A stretch of DNA of 64,000 bases from an uncultured bacterium (GTDB taxonomy: Bacteria > Patescibacteriota > Minisyncoccia > Phycocordibacterales > UBA11359), in NCBI GenBank assembly GCA_903831815.1, contig CAIKZC010000001.1, positions 149,502 through 213,501 of the forward strand, given 5' to 3'. Below the pieces are notes generated by a model. It did not search any database and was not told where the DNA came from. It was given only the letters and a program-made list of their open reading frames with translations. This document shows, in pieces, positions 1 through 8,005 of this stretch. Positions within the stretch are counted from its first letter, which is position 1; every line of letters starts with the position of its first letter. Position numbers and translations under genes: made by a program.

Positions 1-860
1 TACGCGGTGCAATCATAAAACCAATATCATCTTCCGTAATATTTGTTTGCGAAACATTCATCTTGCGCAACAATTTCATGAGACCAAGTCGCGGAGATTT
101 TCGCAAAACTTTTAAACCATAATGTGCGAACATTCTATTCTCGCCCTGGAGTGGCACCATGTCAGCACAAGTGGCAATGCCGACCATATCAAGCAACCAC
201 TTTTCCACACCTTCTTTTAAACCAAAACGGTTTTTTTGTAAAATCGCTTGAATTAATTTGTAAACGACGCCGGATCCGCACAACATTTTGTAAGGATAAG
301 TGCATCCATCTTGTTTCGCATCAAGAGTCGCATATGCTTTTGACGGACCATTCACCGGCAAATGATGATCAGTCACAATCACATCAATACCCAAAGATTG
401 CGCGTGAGCAATTTCTGCAACATCAGCGATACCACAATCAATCGTGATGAGCAACGTAACTTTTTTTTCTTTGAAAATATCGATTGCCTCTTTATTTAAA
501 CCAAAACCCTCAAGGTGTCGATGTGGAATATAAACCTCAAAATCTTTCACGCCAATTTTTTTAAAAAAATCCGAAAGCACTACTGCCCCAGGCACACCGT
601 CGGCATCATAGTCGCTAAAGATGACAATTTTTTCTTTATTTTCGATCGCCTGTAAAATGCGCGTGACCGCTTTATCCATATCTTTCATCAAGAATGGATC
701 GTGAGAATCATTTTCAAAATGCGGATTGAGGTATTTTTCAGCGGCAACAGCGGAATCAATACCGCGATAAAACAGCAAATTGCGCATAAATGCCGGATAC
801 GCAGAAAGTTCTTTTTCGGCAGACTCAGGAATTTTCTCTCTGACAGTATATTTCGACATT
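1..860 (-). CDS. recJ: Single-stranded-DNA-specific exonuclease RecJ (DHH family). The N-terminal part lies in the window, with the start codon at 860; the gene continues past the window edge.
   Basis: My translation of the minus strand gives MSKYTVREKIPESAEKELSAYPAF...VIFSDYDADGVPGAVVL...LLITIDCGIADVAEIAHAQSLGIDVIVTDHHLP. It carries the DHH-family motifs DxDxDG and DHH typical of RecJ. The ORF track omits it because it runs off the window edge. Confidence 0.8.
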
Positions 861-888
861 TAGTCATTATATACCAAGTATTAGCTTC

Positions 889-1003
889 AAAAATACGGAA
901 AAGTGTGTTGTGAGGGACTCACGGACGCCGACGGGCGGAGTGTGAAGGAAATTTCCAGCAGGAAATTTACCTGTGCCCGAACAACACACTTTTCCGTATT
1001 TTT
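889..1003. repeat. Copy 1 of an IR-flanked GC-rich core element. It is a perfect 23-bp inverted repeat, AAAAATACGGAAAAGTGTGTTGT (889-911 and 981-1003), enclosing a 69-nt GC-rich core.
   Basis: The arms and core are read directly from the sequence. The core GGGACTCACGGACGCCGACGGGCGGAGTGTGAAGG... is homologous to the cores at 9849-9905 (opposite orientation) and 17953-18013. It lies between the divergent recJ and HIT starts. Confidence 0.6.
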
Positions 1004-1020
1004 GATATATAATATCTGTT

Positions 1021-1383
1021 ATGAACGACTGTATATTTTGCAAAATCGTAAAAGGTGAAATTCCGGCCAATAAGGTCTATAAAGACGACAAATTCCTGGC
1101 TTTTTTGGACATCAATCCACTCTCTCCCGGTCACACTCTCGTCATTCCAAAAGACCACTACCGTTTCGTCTGGGACGTGCCAAACGCCGGAGAATATTTT
1201 GAAGTCACCAAAAAGATCGCCAAAGCACAACAAAAAGCTTTCGGGACTGATGTGATTTGGAGCAAAATCATGGGAGATGAGGTATTTCACGCTCACATTT
1301 GGGTCTTTCCTCACGCCAAACTCGCTCAGGGTGATAAAACCGATTTCGCCAAAAACGCCGAGAAAATAAGCCAAAATCTCTAA
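1021..1383 (+). CDS. HIT-family (histidine triad) nucleotide hydrolase
   Basis: The 120-aa ORF has an HxHxHxx-type motif (HAHIWVFPH) and a typical HIT N-terminus (CIFCKI...G.IPA..VYKDD). A TATAAT sits 7 nt upstream of the ATG, suggesting a near-leaderless transcript. Confidence 0.85.
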   Translation: MNDCIFCKIVKGEIPANKVYKDDKFLAFLDINPLSPGHTLVIPKDHYRFVWDVPNAGEYFEVTKKIAKAQQKAFGTDVIWSKIMGDEVFHAHIWVFPHAKLAQGDKTDFAKNAEKISQNL

Positions 1384-1489
1384 AATACGCCATTTTTAGG
1401 CAAAGCTCTTTACAAAGAACGCTATATATGCTTAAATACTTGCTGGTCTTTGAGTTCTTAACACTTATAACCTAGGAAGGACAGTCGCT

Positions 1490-1858
1490 ATGTCATCTAC
1501 ACAAGCGCGGGTTCTGCGCATTTTGGTACTGTGCCACGAGGATGCGGAACAAATGGTGAGGTATCGAGAGCTGCAAGCTCTGCTGGCACGGACATTCCCC
1601 AAGGAGGATGAGCCGCTCGTAACGTTTCTGCGGCAAAACTATCGATCGGCCAAATCAGAATTGGATGAAGATAAAGTCGATGCTATAATCGGCCTTTCTG
1701 AATACAACATGGATTGGCTACAGACCATTGCGCCGAGTTTTCAGGAAGTTCGGATGCTGGTAATAACCAAAACCAACCGGAAGGCCGCCCACGGAATCAG
1801 GGTCGTAGACCCTTTGACGCTAACTCCTGCATTCCTTCGCTCCCTGCTGGAAGGGTAA
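1490..1858 (+). CDS. Hypothetical protein (122 aa) in a GC-elevated single-gene cassette
   Basis: It has an AGGAAGG RBS and the ORF fills the span from a promoter-like region to an intrinsic terminator at 1888-1920. Its GC is clearly above the neighbouring sequence. I see no recognizable domain. Confidence 0.55.
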   Translation: MSSTQARVLRILVLCHEDAEQMVRYRELQALLARTFPKEDEPLVTFLRQNYRSAKSELDEDKVDAIIGLSEYNMDWLQTIAPSFQEVRMLVITKTNRKAAHGIRVVDPLTLTPAFLRSLLEG

Positions 1859-1887
1859 CAACATCCTCCAAGATCACAAACTACGCT

Positions 1888-1920
1888 CCGACGACCTAAA
1901 AATCGTCGGGGCTTTTTATT
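1888..1920 (+). terminator. Rho-independent terminator (CCGACGA...TCGTCGG + T-run) between the 1490-1858 ORF and the convergent pgk
   Basis: A hairpin followed by GCTTTTTATTT is read in the sequence. Confidence 0.6.
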
Positions 1921-1929
1921 TGGAATTTA

Positions 1930-3105
1930 TTATTTTGAATTTTCCAGAGCTTCGATACCAACCAGAGTTTCGTTGGCGAGAAAATCCAACATCGCGCCAC
2001 CGGCGGTGGAAATAAATGTAAATTTGTCGGACAATTTTAATTCTTCAATTGAAGCGAGGGTGTCACCGCCACCGACGATAGTTTCGACACCGACATCTGC
2101 AATCGCTTTTGCCAAAGCAAAAGTAGCTTCAGTGTAACCGGTTTCAAAAATACCGAGAGGACCATTCCACAAAATAAATTTGGCCGATTTGATGAAAGGT
2201 AAAAGTTCGGTAACCGTTTCGGCACCATCGTCACAAATTTTGTCACCAACTTGTATTTCATTAGCTTTTCTGGTCACTTTTTTCTCCGATACTCCGGTCG
2301 CGCCAGTTGCCGTTTGCACCATAACGTCTACCGGCAAAATAAGCTTTGGATTAGCCAACATTTCGGTAAAACCAAAATCGGCAGATGAGTGCGCGGAGTC
2401 CCCGATTTCATATCCACGAGCTTTGAAAAGATCGTTTGATAATGCGCCACCAACAAAAACATTGTCGGCAATTCCCAAAAACTTTTTTATGAGAGGCGCT
2501 TTGGTTTCAAATTTTGCCCCACCTAAAATAAATAAATATGGTCGCGGCGGATTGAAAGCCTTGCTCAAATTGGCCACCTCTTTTTCAAAATTATATCCGG
2601 CAAAACTCGGCAGGAATTTTGGTACACCAATTATGGAAGCGTGCGGGCGGTGTGCAACCGAAAAAGCTTCATTTACATAAATATCAGCCAGCGCCGCCAA
2701 CTTTTTGGCAAAATCTTCATCATTTTTTTTCTCACCTTCCCAATTGCGAATATTTTCCACGACCACAACTTGCCCATCAGCAAGGCTTGTCAACGTCGCT
2801 GCCCCTTCAACACTCCATGGATCCTTCACAAAACTGGCCGGAAAAAATTGTTGTGCATATTCACAAACAATATCTAGCGACGGATGCTCTTTATTTTCCA
2901 AATGCGCCACCACGATAATTTTCGCTCCGGCTTTTCGCAAATATTCAATCGTTTCCAAAGATTGTTTGATGCGGAAACCATCGGTCACCGCATCATTTTT
3001 AATCGGCACATTCAAATCAAGTCGCAGAAGCACGCGTTTGCCGGCAATCGCCCCAACCACCGACTCCACATCTCGCACGGCTTTAAACGAAAGTTTATTT
3101 TGCAT
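1930..3105 (-). CDS. pgk: Phosphoglycerate kinase
   Basis: The 391-aa translation has canonical PGK motifs (RLDLNVP, the hinge and C-terminal GGGDT...AGGAMLDFL). Confidence 0.95.
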   Translation of the reverse strand: MQNKLSFKAVRDVESVVGAIAGKRVLLRLDLNVPIKNDAVTDGFRIKQSLETIEYLRKAGAKIIVVAHLENKEHPSLDIVCEYAQQFFPASFVKDPWSVEGAATLTSLADGQVVVVENIRNWEGEKKNDEDFAKKLAALADIYVNEAFSVAHRPHASIIGVPKFLPSFAGYNFEKEVANLSKAFNPPRPYLFILGGAKFETKAPLIKKFLGIADNVFVGGALSNDLFKARGYEIGDSAHSSADFGFTEMLANPKLILPVDVMVQTATGATGVSEKKVTRKANEIQVGDKICDDGAETVTELLPFIKSAKFILWNGPLGIFETGYTEATFALAKAIADVGVETIVGGGDTLASIEELKLSDKFTFISTAGGAMLDFLANETLVGIEALENSK

Positions 3106-3121
3106 TTATTTTTTCTAAAAT

Positions 3122-3883
3122 TTATTTACCGTTGGCCACGGAAACTATGTACATGATATTTTCCGGTACCAAACTATCGCGTCCGACCAGCAAGCCGTCA
3201 ATCTCACCGTCTTTTACAATATCTTCCACATTATCAATATTAACGGCACCTCCATATAAAATCGAAATGGAATCGGAAATTTGTTTGTCATACAATTCAG
3301 TCAAAACTTTTCTTATATAAATAGTCATGCCATGAATATCCGAAGGTAACATGGCCTCGCGACCTCCAATAGCCCAAACCGGTTCATAAGCGATCATAAC
3401 ATGGGCCATCATGCGTTTATCGATCTTTTTTAAACATTCTCGTAAATCTTCCTTGATAGTCACCAGATATTCGGCATTGCGATCACGGACTTTTTCACCG
3501 GTACATAATATAACAGTCATTTGAGCTTCGATTCCAGCTAAAACTTTCTTGGCAATTATATCCGGAGTCTCGCCAGCTACGGATCGACGCTCTGAATGAC
3601 CTACGATCAGATATTTTGCCCCAACGCTTTCAGCCATCGTTGGGCTCAAATAGCCAGTTAATGAGCCATTATTTTGCCAATAGGCATCTTGTGAGCCAAA
3701 CATTATTTTCTTGCCTTTATACGAAGAAACCAGCGCGTGTAAGTACGTCGCAGGGGGACAAATAACCAACTGTCCGGTCACATCGCTAGAAATTTGCTTT
3801 ATTTTACTAAATATTTTCTTGGCTTCAGGCAAAGTTGCGGGATTCATCTTCCAGTTCCCGATCACTATTCGTTTCTTTTTCAT
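3122..3883 (-). CDS. tpiA: Triosephosphate isomerase. The start is set at MKKKRIVIGNWKMN; the ORF-track ORF extends 17 codons further upstream.
   Basis: It shows NWKMN, AYEPVWAIG and GGAV motifs. The upstream extension overlaps the preceding gene's stop region. Confidence 0.9.
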   Translation of the reverse strand: MKKKRIVIGNWKMNPATLPEAKKIFSKIKQISSDVTGQLVICPPATYLHALVSSYKGKKIMFGSQDAYWQNNGSLTGYLSPTMAESVGAKYLIVGHSERRSVAGETPDIIAKKVLAGIEAQMTVILCTGEKVRDRNAEYLVTIKEDLRECLKKIDKRMMAHVMIAYEPVWAIGGREAMLPSDIHGMTIYIRKVLTELYDKQISDSISILYGGAVNIDNVEDIVKDGEIDGLLVGRDSLVPENIMYIVSVANGK

Positions 3884-3900
3884 ACCGACATTGTAGCACT

Positions 3901-5199
3901 TTACTGTACCTCCTTCCAACTTGTGATATTCCAACCACCAGATGGACCGCTGGAGAAATTATAATTAGCTAAACCTGAATCATAAGTAACGGATCCGCCG
4001 CCATCAATGATAATTTGCTTTGCCGAGAGTGATCTGGCGCTCGTGCCACCCGATAGATGAAGAGTGCCGTTTTGAGCGACCAACACAACTGCGCCAACGC
4101 TACCATTTACCGTAAGAGCACTGCTACTATTACTTGTTGTAATAAGTAAAGGATAACTTCCAGCCGTACCTGATCCGGCAAAACTGGCACTTCCACCAAG
4201 GTTCATTATGCCATCTGAAATCAAAACTCCTCCTCCGGAACCATAACCAGGCGCCAAAGCTAAATCTCCGCCACCTGAAAACGTTACTGTGCCTGTCACA
4301 TAAATCGTTCCCGCTAAGGTCAAAAGCCCGCCACCATCCACCAACAAATTACCGTTAATTTTCATTGGACCGATTGTCGCACCCCTATAATCAACGTGAT
4401 AATTACCATTATATGTCGTACTGGCCGAACCATCAGCTTTCCAAGTTGCAATATTTTCATCAGTAATAGAAAAATCCTGAGCCGGAGGATCGGCACGAGA
4501 AGTATTACATGCTTTATTGTTAGTGGTGCCGGTTTGACAATATATCGTTCCTTGAGCACTAACTCCTTTTACCGTGTGACCCCACACGTCACCCACTCCA
4601 CTTGTGCCAACATTAAGTGAACCGACATAAGTTCCACCTCCAATAGTCGAAAAGGTGGAAGTGCTTAAATTTGCGGCTATAACCGAACCTGTAACAGTCA
4701 CTCCGTTATCTGCCGTCACTGATCCGTTAGAATATACGTTACCGTTAACCGTTCCTCCACCCGTGATTGAAAAACCTCCGATACCCGAAAGCACACCATA
4801 AAAGAAATCAACACCGACGCCGGCCACGATTACCGTGTGAATTTTTCTGAAATTATTATTAACGCTGCCGACCGCATCGATCGTTTTGGTTCCATTAGTA
4901 TTTGAAACTGTAGTCGTCGCGGTAAAACCGTTAATATTAAGATAAATCGGCACGGCATAATTTGTGATCATATTTCTTTTAACTCGAAAAACTGCATCCT
5001 CGGAACCAGAATCTGCCGCATACAAACTGGCTTTTGAACGTAAAAGATCGCTGGTCAAACGCAATTCGTTGACTATCGGATCGACGATTCCAAGTATAAT
5101 GGTCAACAATATCGAAGTACAAAACATGACGACGACCAAGATCGCTTGTCCCCTATTCCAGTTATCGTGATTTATATTTTTTCGTAAAAAATAATTCAT
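3901..5199 (-). CDS. Large Gly/Ser/Thr-rich pilus-associated protein with a pseudopilin-like N-terminus that lacks Glu+5 (GspK/PilX-like minor pilin or tip protein)
   Basis: The N-terminus is basic followed by a hydrophobic helix (NRG|QAILVVVMF...), then a long G/T/S/N-rich repetitive region. It is the last gene of the pilB-pilC-pilin operon. The TATCTTAAGATA palindrome lies 10 nt upstream of its ATG. Confidence 0.5.
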   Translation of the reverse strand: MNYFLRKNINHDNWNRGQAILVVVMFCTSILLTIILGIVDPIVNELRLTSDLLRSKASLYAADSGSEDAVFRVKRNMITNYAVPIYLNINGFTATTTVSNTNGTKTIDAVGSVNNNFRKIHTVIVAGVGVDFFYGVLSGIGGFSITGGGTVNGNVYSNGSVTADNGVTVTGSVIAANLSTSTFSTIGGGTYVGSLNVGTSGVGDVWGHTVKGVSAQGTIYCQTGTTNNKACNTSRADPPAQDFSITDENIATWKADGSASTTYNGNYHVDYRGATIGPMKINGNLLVDGGGLLTLAGTIYVTGTVTFSGGGDLALAPGYGSGGGVLISDGIMNLGGSASFAGSGTAGSYPLLITTSNSSSALTVNGSVGAVVLVAQNGTLHLSGGTSARSLSAKQIIIDGGGSVTYDSGLANYNFSSGPSGGWNITSWKEVQ

Positions 5200-5206
5200 A
5201 GAGAAT

Positions 5207-5220
5207 ACTATCTTAAGATA
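5207..5220. promoter_or_regulatory. Palindromic motif ACTATCTTAAGATA (copy 1), 7-20 nt upstream of the ATG of the 3901-5199 gene
   Basis: A perfect 12-bp palindrome TATCTTAAGATA. The same motif recurs at 5767-5779, 29331-29359 (split) and 43546-43558, always just upstream of a minus-strand start codon. Confidence 0.45.
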
Positions 5221-5223
5221 AAA

Positions 5224-5730
5224 TTAATATGAGCCGCGCAAAACTATGGTCGTGTAAAAATTCCTACTAGTACTTGCCGTGCCGACCGTACTCGATAGCC
5301 CTAAAATGATTTTAATGGCTTGTGAATTTGTGCTGGTAGATAATCTGAATTCTAAATTATTCACATTCACTCCGTTTAAAGTGAGCGGGCCGACATACGA
5401 ACCGCTCGAATCCACGCTGATTCTATTATTAGATAGATAAAATTTAATTGTTTGAGGATTTCCACTAACATCTGTCGTGTTAAGCGTCAGCGCTCCGGTG
5501 CTGGTAGCCAACGTACTCTGAGCGACGTTAACCGAAGAAGCATTGCGAATATCTCGCGATATGCGCTCGAGTGAAAAGATTGCGGATGATTCCAAGTTTT
5601 TGGTCGCTTGAATGGTTTGATAAGTTTTGGTCAAAGATATCACCAACGCGATCACAACTCCAAGCAAAATAACCATAAAAGCCAAATAAAATAGCGTTTC
5701 GACCATCGTGAACCCACCGTTTTTTTTCAT
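5224..5730 (-). CDS. Type IV pilin / pseudopilin (prepilin-type N-terminal cleavage/methylation domain)
   Basis: The N-terminus is MKKNGG|FTMVETLFYLAFMVILL, with G-1, F+1 and E+5. Confidence 0.8.
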   Translation of the reverse strand: MKKNGGFTMVETLFYLAFMVILLGVVIALVISLTKTYQTIQATKNLESSAIFSLERISRDIRNASSVNVAQSTLATSTGALTLNTTDVSGNPQTIKFYLSNNRISVDSSGSYVGPLTLNGVNVNNLEFRLSTSTNSQAIKIILGLSSTVGTASTSRNFYTTIVLRGSY

Positions 5731-5766
5731 TATTTTTTTAAAAAAAATCTTTTTTCATAGGGTACT

Positions 5767-5779
5767 CTATCTTAAGATA
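5767..5779. promoter_or_regulatory. Palindromic motif CTATCTTAAGATA (copy 2), in the 51-nt gap between two pilin genes
   Basis: It reads AGGGTACTCTATCTTAAGATA. On the coding (minus) strand the motif is followed by CCCTATG plus a 6-codon mini-ORF, and then the pilin ATG at 5730. Confidence 0.45.
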
Positions 5780-5781
5780 AA

Positions 5782-6297
5782 TCAATTGCTCCAAATATTT
5801 GTTAAATACACCGAAAGAGATTTGCTGGTAGTACCCGTTCCTCCATTCCAAGAAACTGTAGCCGTTATCAATGTCGTGCTAGCATCAAGTGTCGCTCCAG
5901 AAGTGCCATTTGGCACAATGTCCTTGGTGGCGTTTCGATATGTTGAACTGGCAATTATCGTCCGATCAAAAAATCCATCAATAAGCGATTGAGGGGTAAG
6001 GGTTGTAGACCATTTTGACGTTGTCGTATTGAAAGTTAAATAATATTTCGTTGAAGTGGCGGTTGAAAGCGTTGCTATGTTACCACTCCAGCTTTGATCT
6101 CGCAAAAGTTGCATGGATTCCAAACTCTCTTCCAACAAATATGCCGCTTGAATATTTGGCGTATTGTGGATCATGACCTGCAAATAATAATTGTAAGCGC
6201 CGATCAAACCCAAAATTCCGATCGTAATCATGGTGATGCCAATGAGAACTTCAACCATACCCATGCCTTTTTTATTTTTTAATGAAAAATATTTCAT
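5782..6297 (-). CDS. Type IV pilin / pseudopilin
   Basis: The N-terminus is MKYFSLKNKKG|MGMVEVLIGITMITIGIL, with G-1 and E+5 conserved. Confidence 0.7.
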   Translation of the reverse strand: MKYFSLKNKKGMGMVEVLIGITMITIGILGLIGAYNYYLQVMIHNTPNIQAAYLLEESLESMQLLRDQSWSGNIATLSTATSTKYYLTFNTTTSKWSTTLTPQSLIDGFFDRTIIASSTYRNATKDIVPNGTSGATLDASTTLITATVSWNGGTGTTSKSLSVYLTNIWSN

Positions 6298-6299
6298 GT

Positions 6300-6761
6300 C
6301 TAATTTGGTTGAATAAGTCCGGTTGAATAGATCGCCACCGTGCGAGTTACCGAATCATTGGCGACAAGAGAAAGAGTCGTTGTGCCCATTTGATTTGTTT
6401 CACCGCTCAATCGATTAAAAAGAATGTCTGAACCGCCGCCAACCAAAGTGATATTTGAAATTTGCACCCTCGGATTTAAAGTTGTCACCAGATTTGAAGA
6501 ATTTGCCGGATTGTAAGTCGTGCCGGTAAAAATAGTAACCGTACTAGTGGCAAAATGCACTCCATATTGTGAGCTATTATATGAATCAAGTGTAAGGGCA
6601 CGAGCTTTTTCCAACACAGAAACGACTCGCGCTTGATCTTTGGACAACGCTTCAGTCGAACTGTAATTAGAAAATGAAAAAAACATTATCATAGAGACCA
6701 TAACAGTGATCGCTACAACCATAAGAGTCTCAGCCAATGTAAATCCCAAACTTTTATTCAT
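6300..6761 (-). CDS. Type IV pilin / pseudopilin
   Basis: The N-terminus is MNKSLG|FTLAETLMVVAITVMV. Confidence 0.8.
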   Translation of the reverse strand: MNKSLGFTLAETLMVVAITVMVSMIMFFSFSNYSSTEALSKDQARVVSVLEKARALTLDSYNSSQYGVHFATSTVTIFTGTTYNPANSSNLVTTLNPRVQISNITLVGGGSDILFNRLSGETNQMGTTTLSLVANDSVTRTVAIYSTGLIQPN

Positions 6762-7982
6762 TTATTTTATGTTAGTCATAACTGAATACGTCGGCGAAAG
6801 CATTGATATAGCAAAGAATCCAACTCCGGCTCCGATTAAAACCATAAGAAGCGGTTCAACAATCGTCGACATGTCTTTGGTGCGCTGATCGACTTCATTT
6901 TCATAATAGATCGCAATTTCCATCAACATTGACGCGAGTTTTCCGGTTTCCTCTCCGACATTCATCATTTCACCGACAAAAGAAGGATATAGTTTTTGAT
7001 TCTCCAAAAATACTCCCGAGATGGCTTCACCGTTTTGAATGACCTTCTTAGCCTTAACAATAACTTCTTTAAAATAAGAATTTTGAATGACCTGCTCGGT
7101 TATTTCCATTGCCACGACCATATCCACACCGGAAGAGAGTAATGAAGAAAGTGTGCGAGTGGTGCGGGCAGAATTGATCTCCCTAACCAGCGTACCTACG
7201 ACCGGTATCTTTAGCCACATCGTGTCGATCGCCCTTTTCCCCCAAGAACTTTTTGCAATCGAACTCACGATCGCAAACAGAACGATAACGACGCCCAACA
7301 AAATAATTCCGTGATGAATGAACATGTCGCTGACAAATATAATGAGTTTAGTCGACCAAGGCAGATCGACGTGTAAATCGTTGAAAGTCGCCACCAAAGT
7401 CGGTACAACATAGACCATCATAAGGACGGCGATTCCACTCATAACGACCAAAATTACCGCCGGATACATCATCGCTCCGCGAATTTTCTTTTGCAGTGAT
7501 AAAGTTTTTTCCAATTGCTCGCCCACATTTTTAAGTGAATGAGAAATGTCCCCGCTTTCTTCACCAGAGTGAGTCATAGAAATGAAAAGTTGAGAAAAGA
7601 TTTTTGGATATTGCGACATAGACTCGCTCAATGTCTTACCTTTCTTTATACCGTCTCCTAAACTGGCGATTATTTTTTTGAATTTTTTATTTTTGGTTTG
7701 TCTTTGCAAAACTTCAAGTGCTCGAGCCATCGGCAGTCCCGCTTCGATCATAGCTCCCAAATTTTTGGCGAAAATGATTTTTTCTTGCGCTTTTATCCTC
7801 GAAGTAAAACTGGCAAAACTTTCATTTGCAAGCGAAAACCAATTATCTTTTTTTTCAGACGCAGTGATCATCATAAGTCCTTCCTTTTGCAGATCTTTAA
7901 AAAGAGTGATCTTGTCGACCGATTCTTTAATCCCCTCGACCGTCTCATTCGCTTCATTTGTCGCTTTGTATGAATATTTCAT
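6762..7982 (-). CDS. pilC: Type IV pilus assembly inner-membrane platform protein (GspF/PilC family)
   Basis: The 406-aa protein has duplicated T2SS-F type domains and three TM segments, and lies immediately downstream of the PilB ATPase. Confidence 0.9.
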   Translation of the reverse strand: MKYSYKATNEANETVEGIKESVDKITLFKDLQKEGLMMITASEKKDNWFSLANESFASFTSRIKAQEKIIFAKNLGAMIEAGLPMARALEVLQRQTKNKKFKKIIASLGDGIKKGKTLSESMSQYPKIFSQLFISMTHSGEESGDISHSLKNVGEQLEKTLSLQKKIRGAMMYPAVILVVMSGIAVLMMVYVVPTLVATFNDLHVDLPWSTKLIIFVSDMFIHHGIILLGVVIVLFAIVSSIAKSSWGKRAIDTMWLKIPVVGTLVREINSARTTRTLSSLLSSGVDMVVAMEITEQVIQNSYFKEVIVKAKKVIQNGEAISGVFLENQKLYPSFVGEMMNVGEETGKLASMLMEIAIYYENEVDQRTKDMSTIVEPLLMVLIGAGVGFFAISMLSPTYSVMTNIK

Positions 7983-8005
7983 ATTTCAAAAATTATTTAA
8001 ACAAA

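Noticed and set aside
124-447. ORF-track 107-aa ORF on the plus strand
   Set aside because: It lies antisense within the well-supported recJ coding sequence (DHH motifs on the minus strand), so it is a shadow ORF.
2180-3156. Several plus-strand ORFs (166, 99, 78, 137, 90 aa) inside pgk
   Set aside because: They are antisense to the canonical phosphoglycerate kinase, show low-complexity translation and have no RBS.
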